This document shows, in pieces, positions 63,405 through 64,000 of a stretch of 64,000 nucleotides of DNA. A program made the translations under genes and the position numbers. This DNA comes from Eledone cirrhosa (Eukaryota), in assembly GCA_964016885.1 (NCBI GenBank), contig OZ024740.1, positions 53,692,001 through 53,756,000 on the forward strand, written 5' to 3'. Each line of letters opens with the position of its first letter. Within the stretch, counting starts at the first letter, position 1. Under the pieces are notes generated by a model that was given only the letters and a program-made list of their open reading frames with translations, was not told the DNA's origin and ran no database searches.

Positions 63405-63660
63405 ATAATAATAAATTTCAAGACTAAAATCCTCCGGTTGCAACGTTTTTTGAAATATTCACTTCTGCGTAAGGGTGAAAGCAGCGATTCTTTGCTTAAA
63501 CTTTAATTTGTTATTTTAATATATATATATATATATATAACGAAGGAAATGTGGTAAGGAACCAGGTGGACCATAACGGACCAAAGTACTCAATACTTAG
63601 GGTAGTAGAGTGGGTAATAGGAACCAGTAAGACCCTTGGGGTCTTACTGGTTTCTCTCTA
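63401..63660. mobile_element. Adjacent deleted family P1 copy (63401-63520) and family X copy (63537-63655)
   Basis: Identity to 41344-41470 and 3970-4056; terminal hairpin AACCAGTAAGACCC TTG GGGTCTTACTGGTT. Confidence 0.75.
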
Positions 63661-63681
63661 TATATATAAATGAAAATATAG

Positions 63682-63722
<41 letters not shown>

Positions 63723-64000
63723 TAACAGATTAAAGTCCTCCTTCTTTGTCGTCGTCCTTTTCATTTTCTCGCCCACCCGAGGCAGCCCCTCGGTCCTTTG
63801 TAGCCTCAGTACCTCCACCCCATCCCCTATTCTATGATAGAATTGGCCGACTCCGCTTTTTATAGCAGTTGTGACAGACCCCAGATACTTGCTTTCTTAT
63901 CCGATGGCTGCTCCATTTCCGTGCTTTCTACATTTCTTAGTGGTTTCTCTGCTTTAATTTCTCGTATATCAGTATTTATTTTTGGGGTGGGGTGGGGTGG

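Overview
This is AT-rich eukaryotic non-coding DNA, very rich in (TA)n/(CA)n/(GA)n microsatellites. It is probably cephalopod (Octopus-like), inferred only from the SINE family and repeat content. I find no convincing host protein-coding gene, and nearly all ORFs in the track are microsatellite translations. The window contains more than a dozen tRNA-derived SINE copies and decayed non-LTR retrotransposons: a ~3 kb R4/Dong-clade RLE element, several RTE-clade fragments and a CRE-like RLE tail. It also holds a Penelope-like GIY-YIG 3' end and one tRNA-like cloverleaf. The most striking signal is that many short islands between (TA)n arrays are unrelated small elements carrying type-I hammerhead ribozyme folds. 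At least 5 look intact (10369, 12135, 27394, 37641, 42493), one 4-copy family has a fixed CAGAAGA core variant, and an ~8-copy family keeps only the GAAAC-helixIII-GUC half. These elements are often built as fold-back inverted repeats with different turn points, or as 1.2-mer direct repeats. This suggests a diverse (TA)n-associated Penelope/retrozyme-like ribozyme retroelement system. All folds were read by eye and none has been tested computationally or experimentally.
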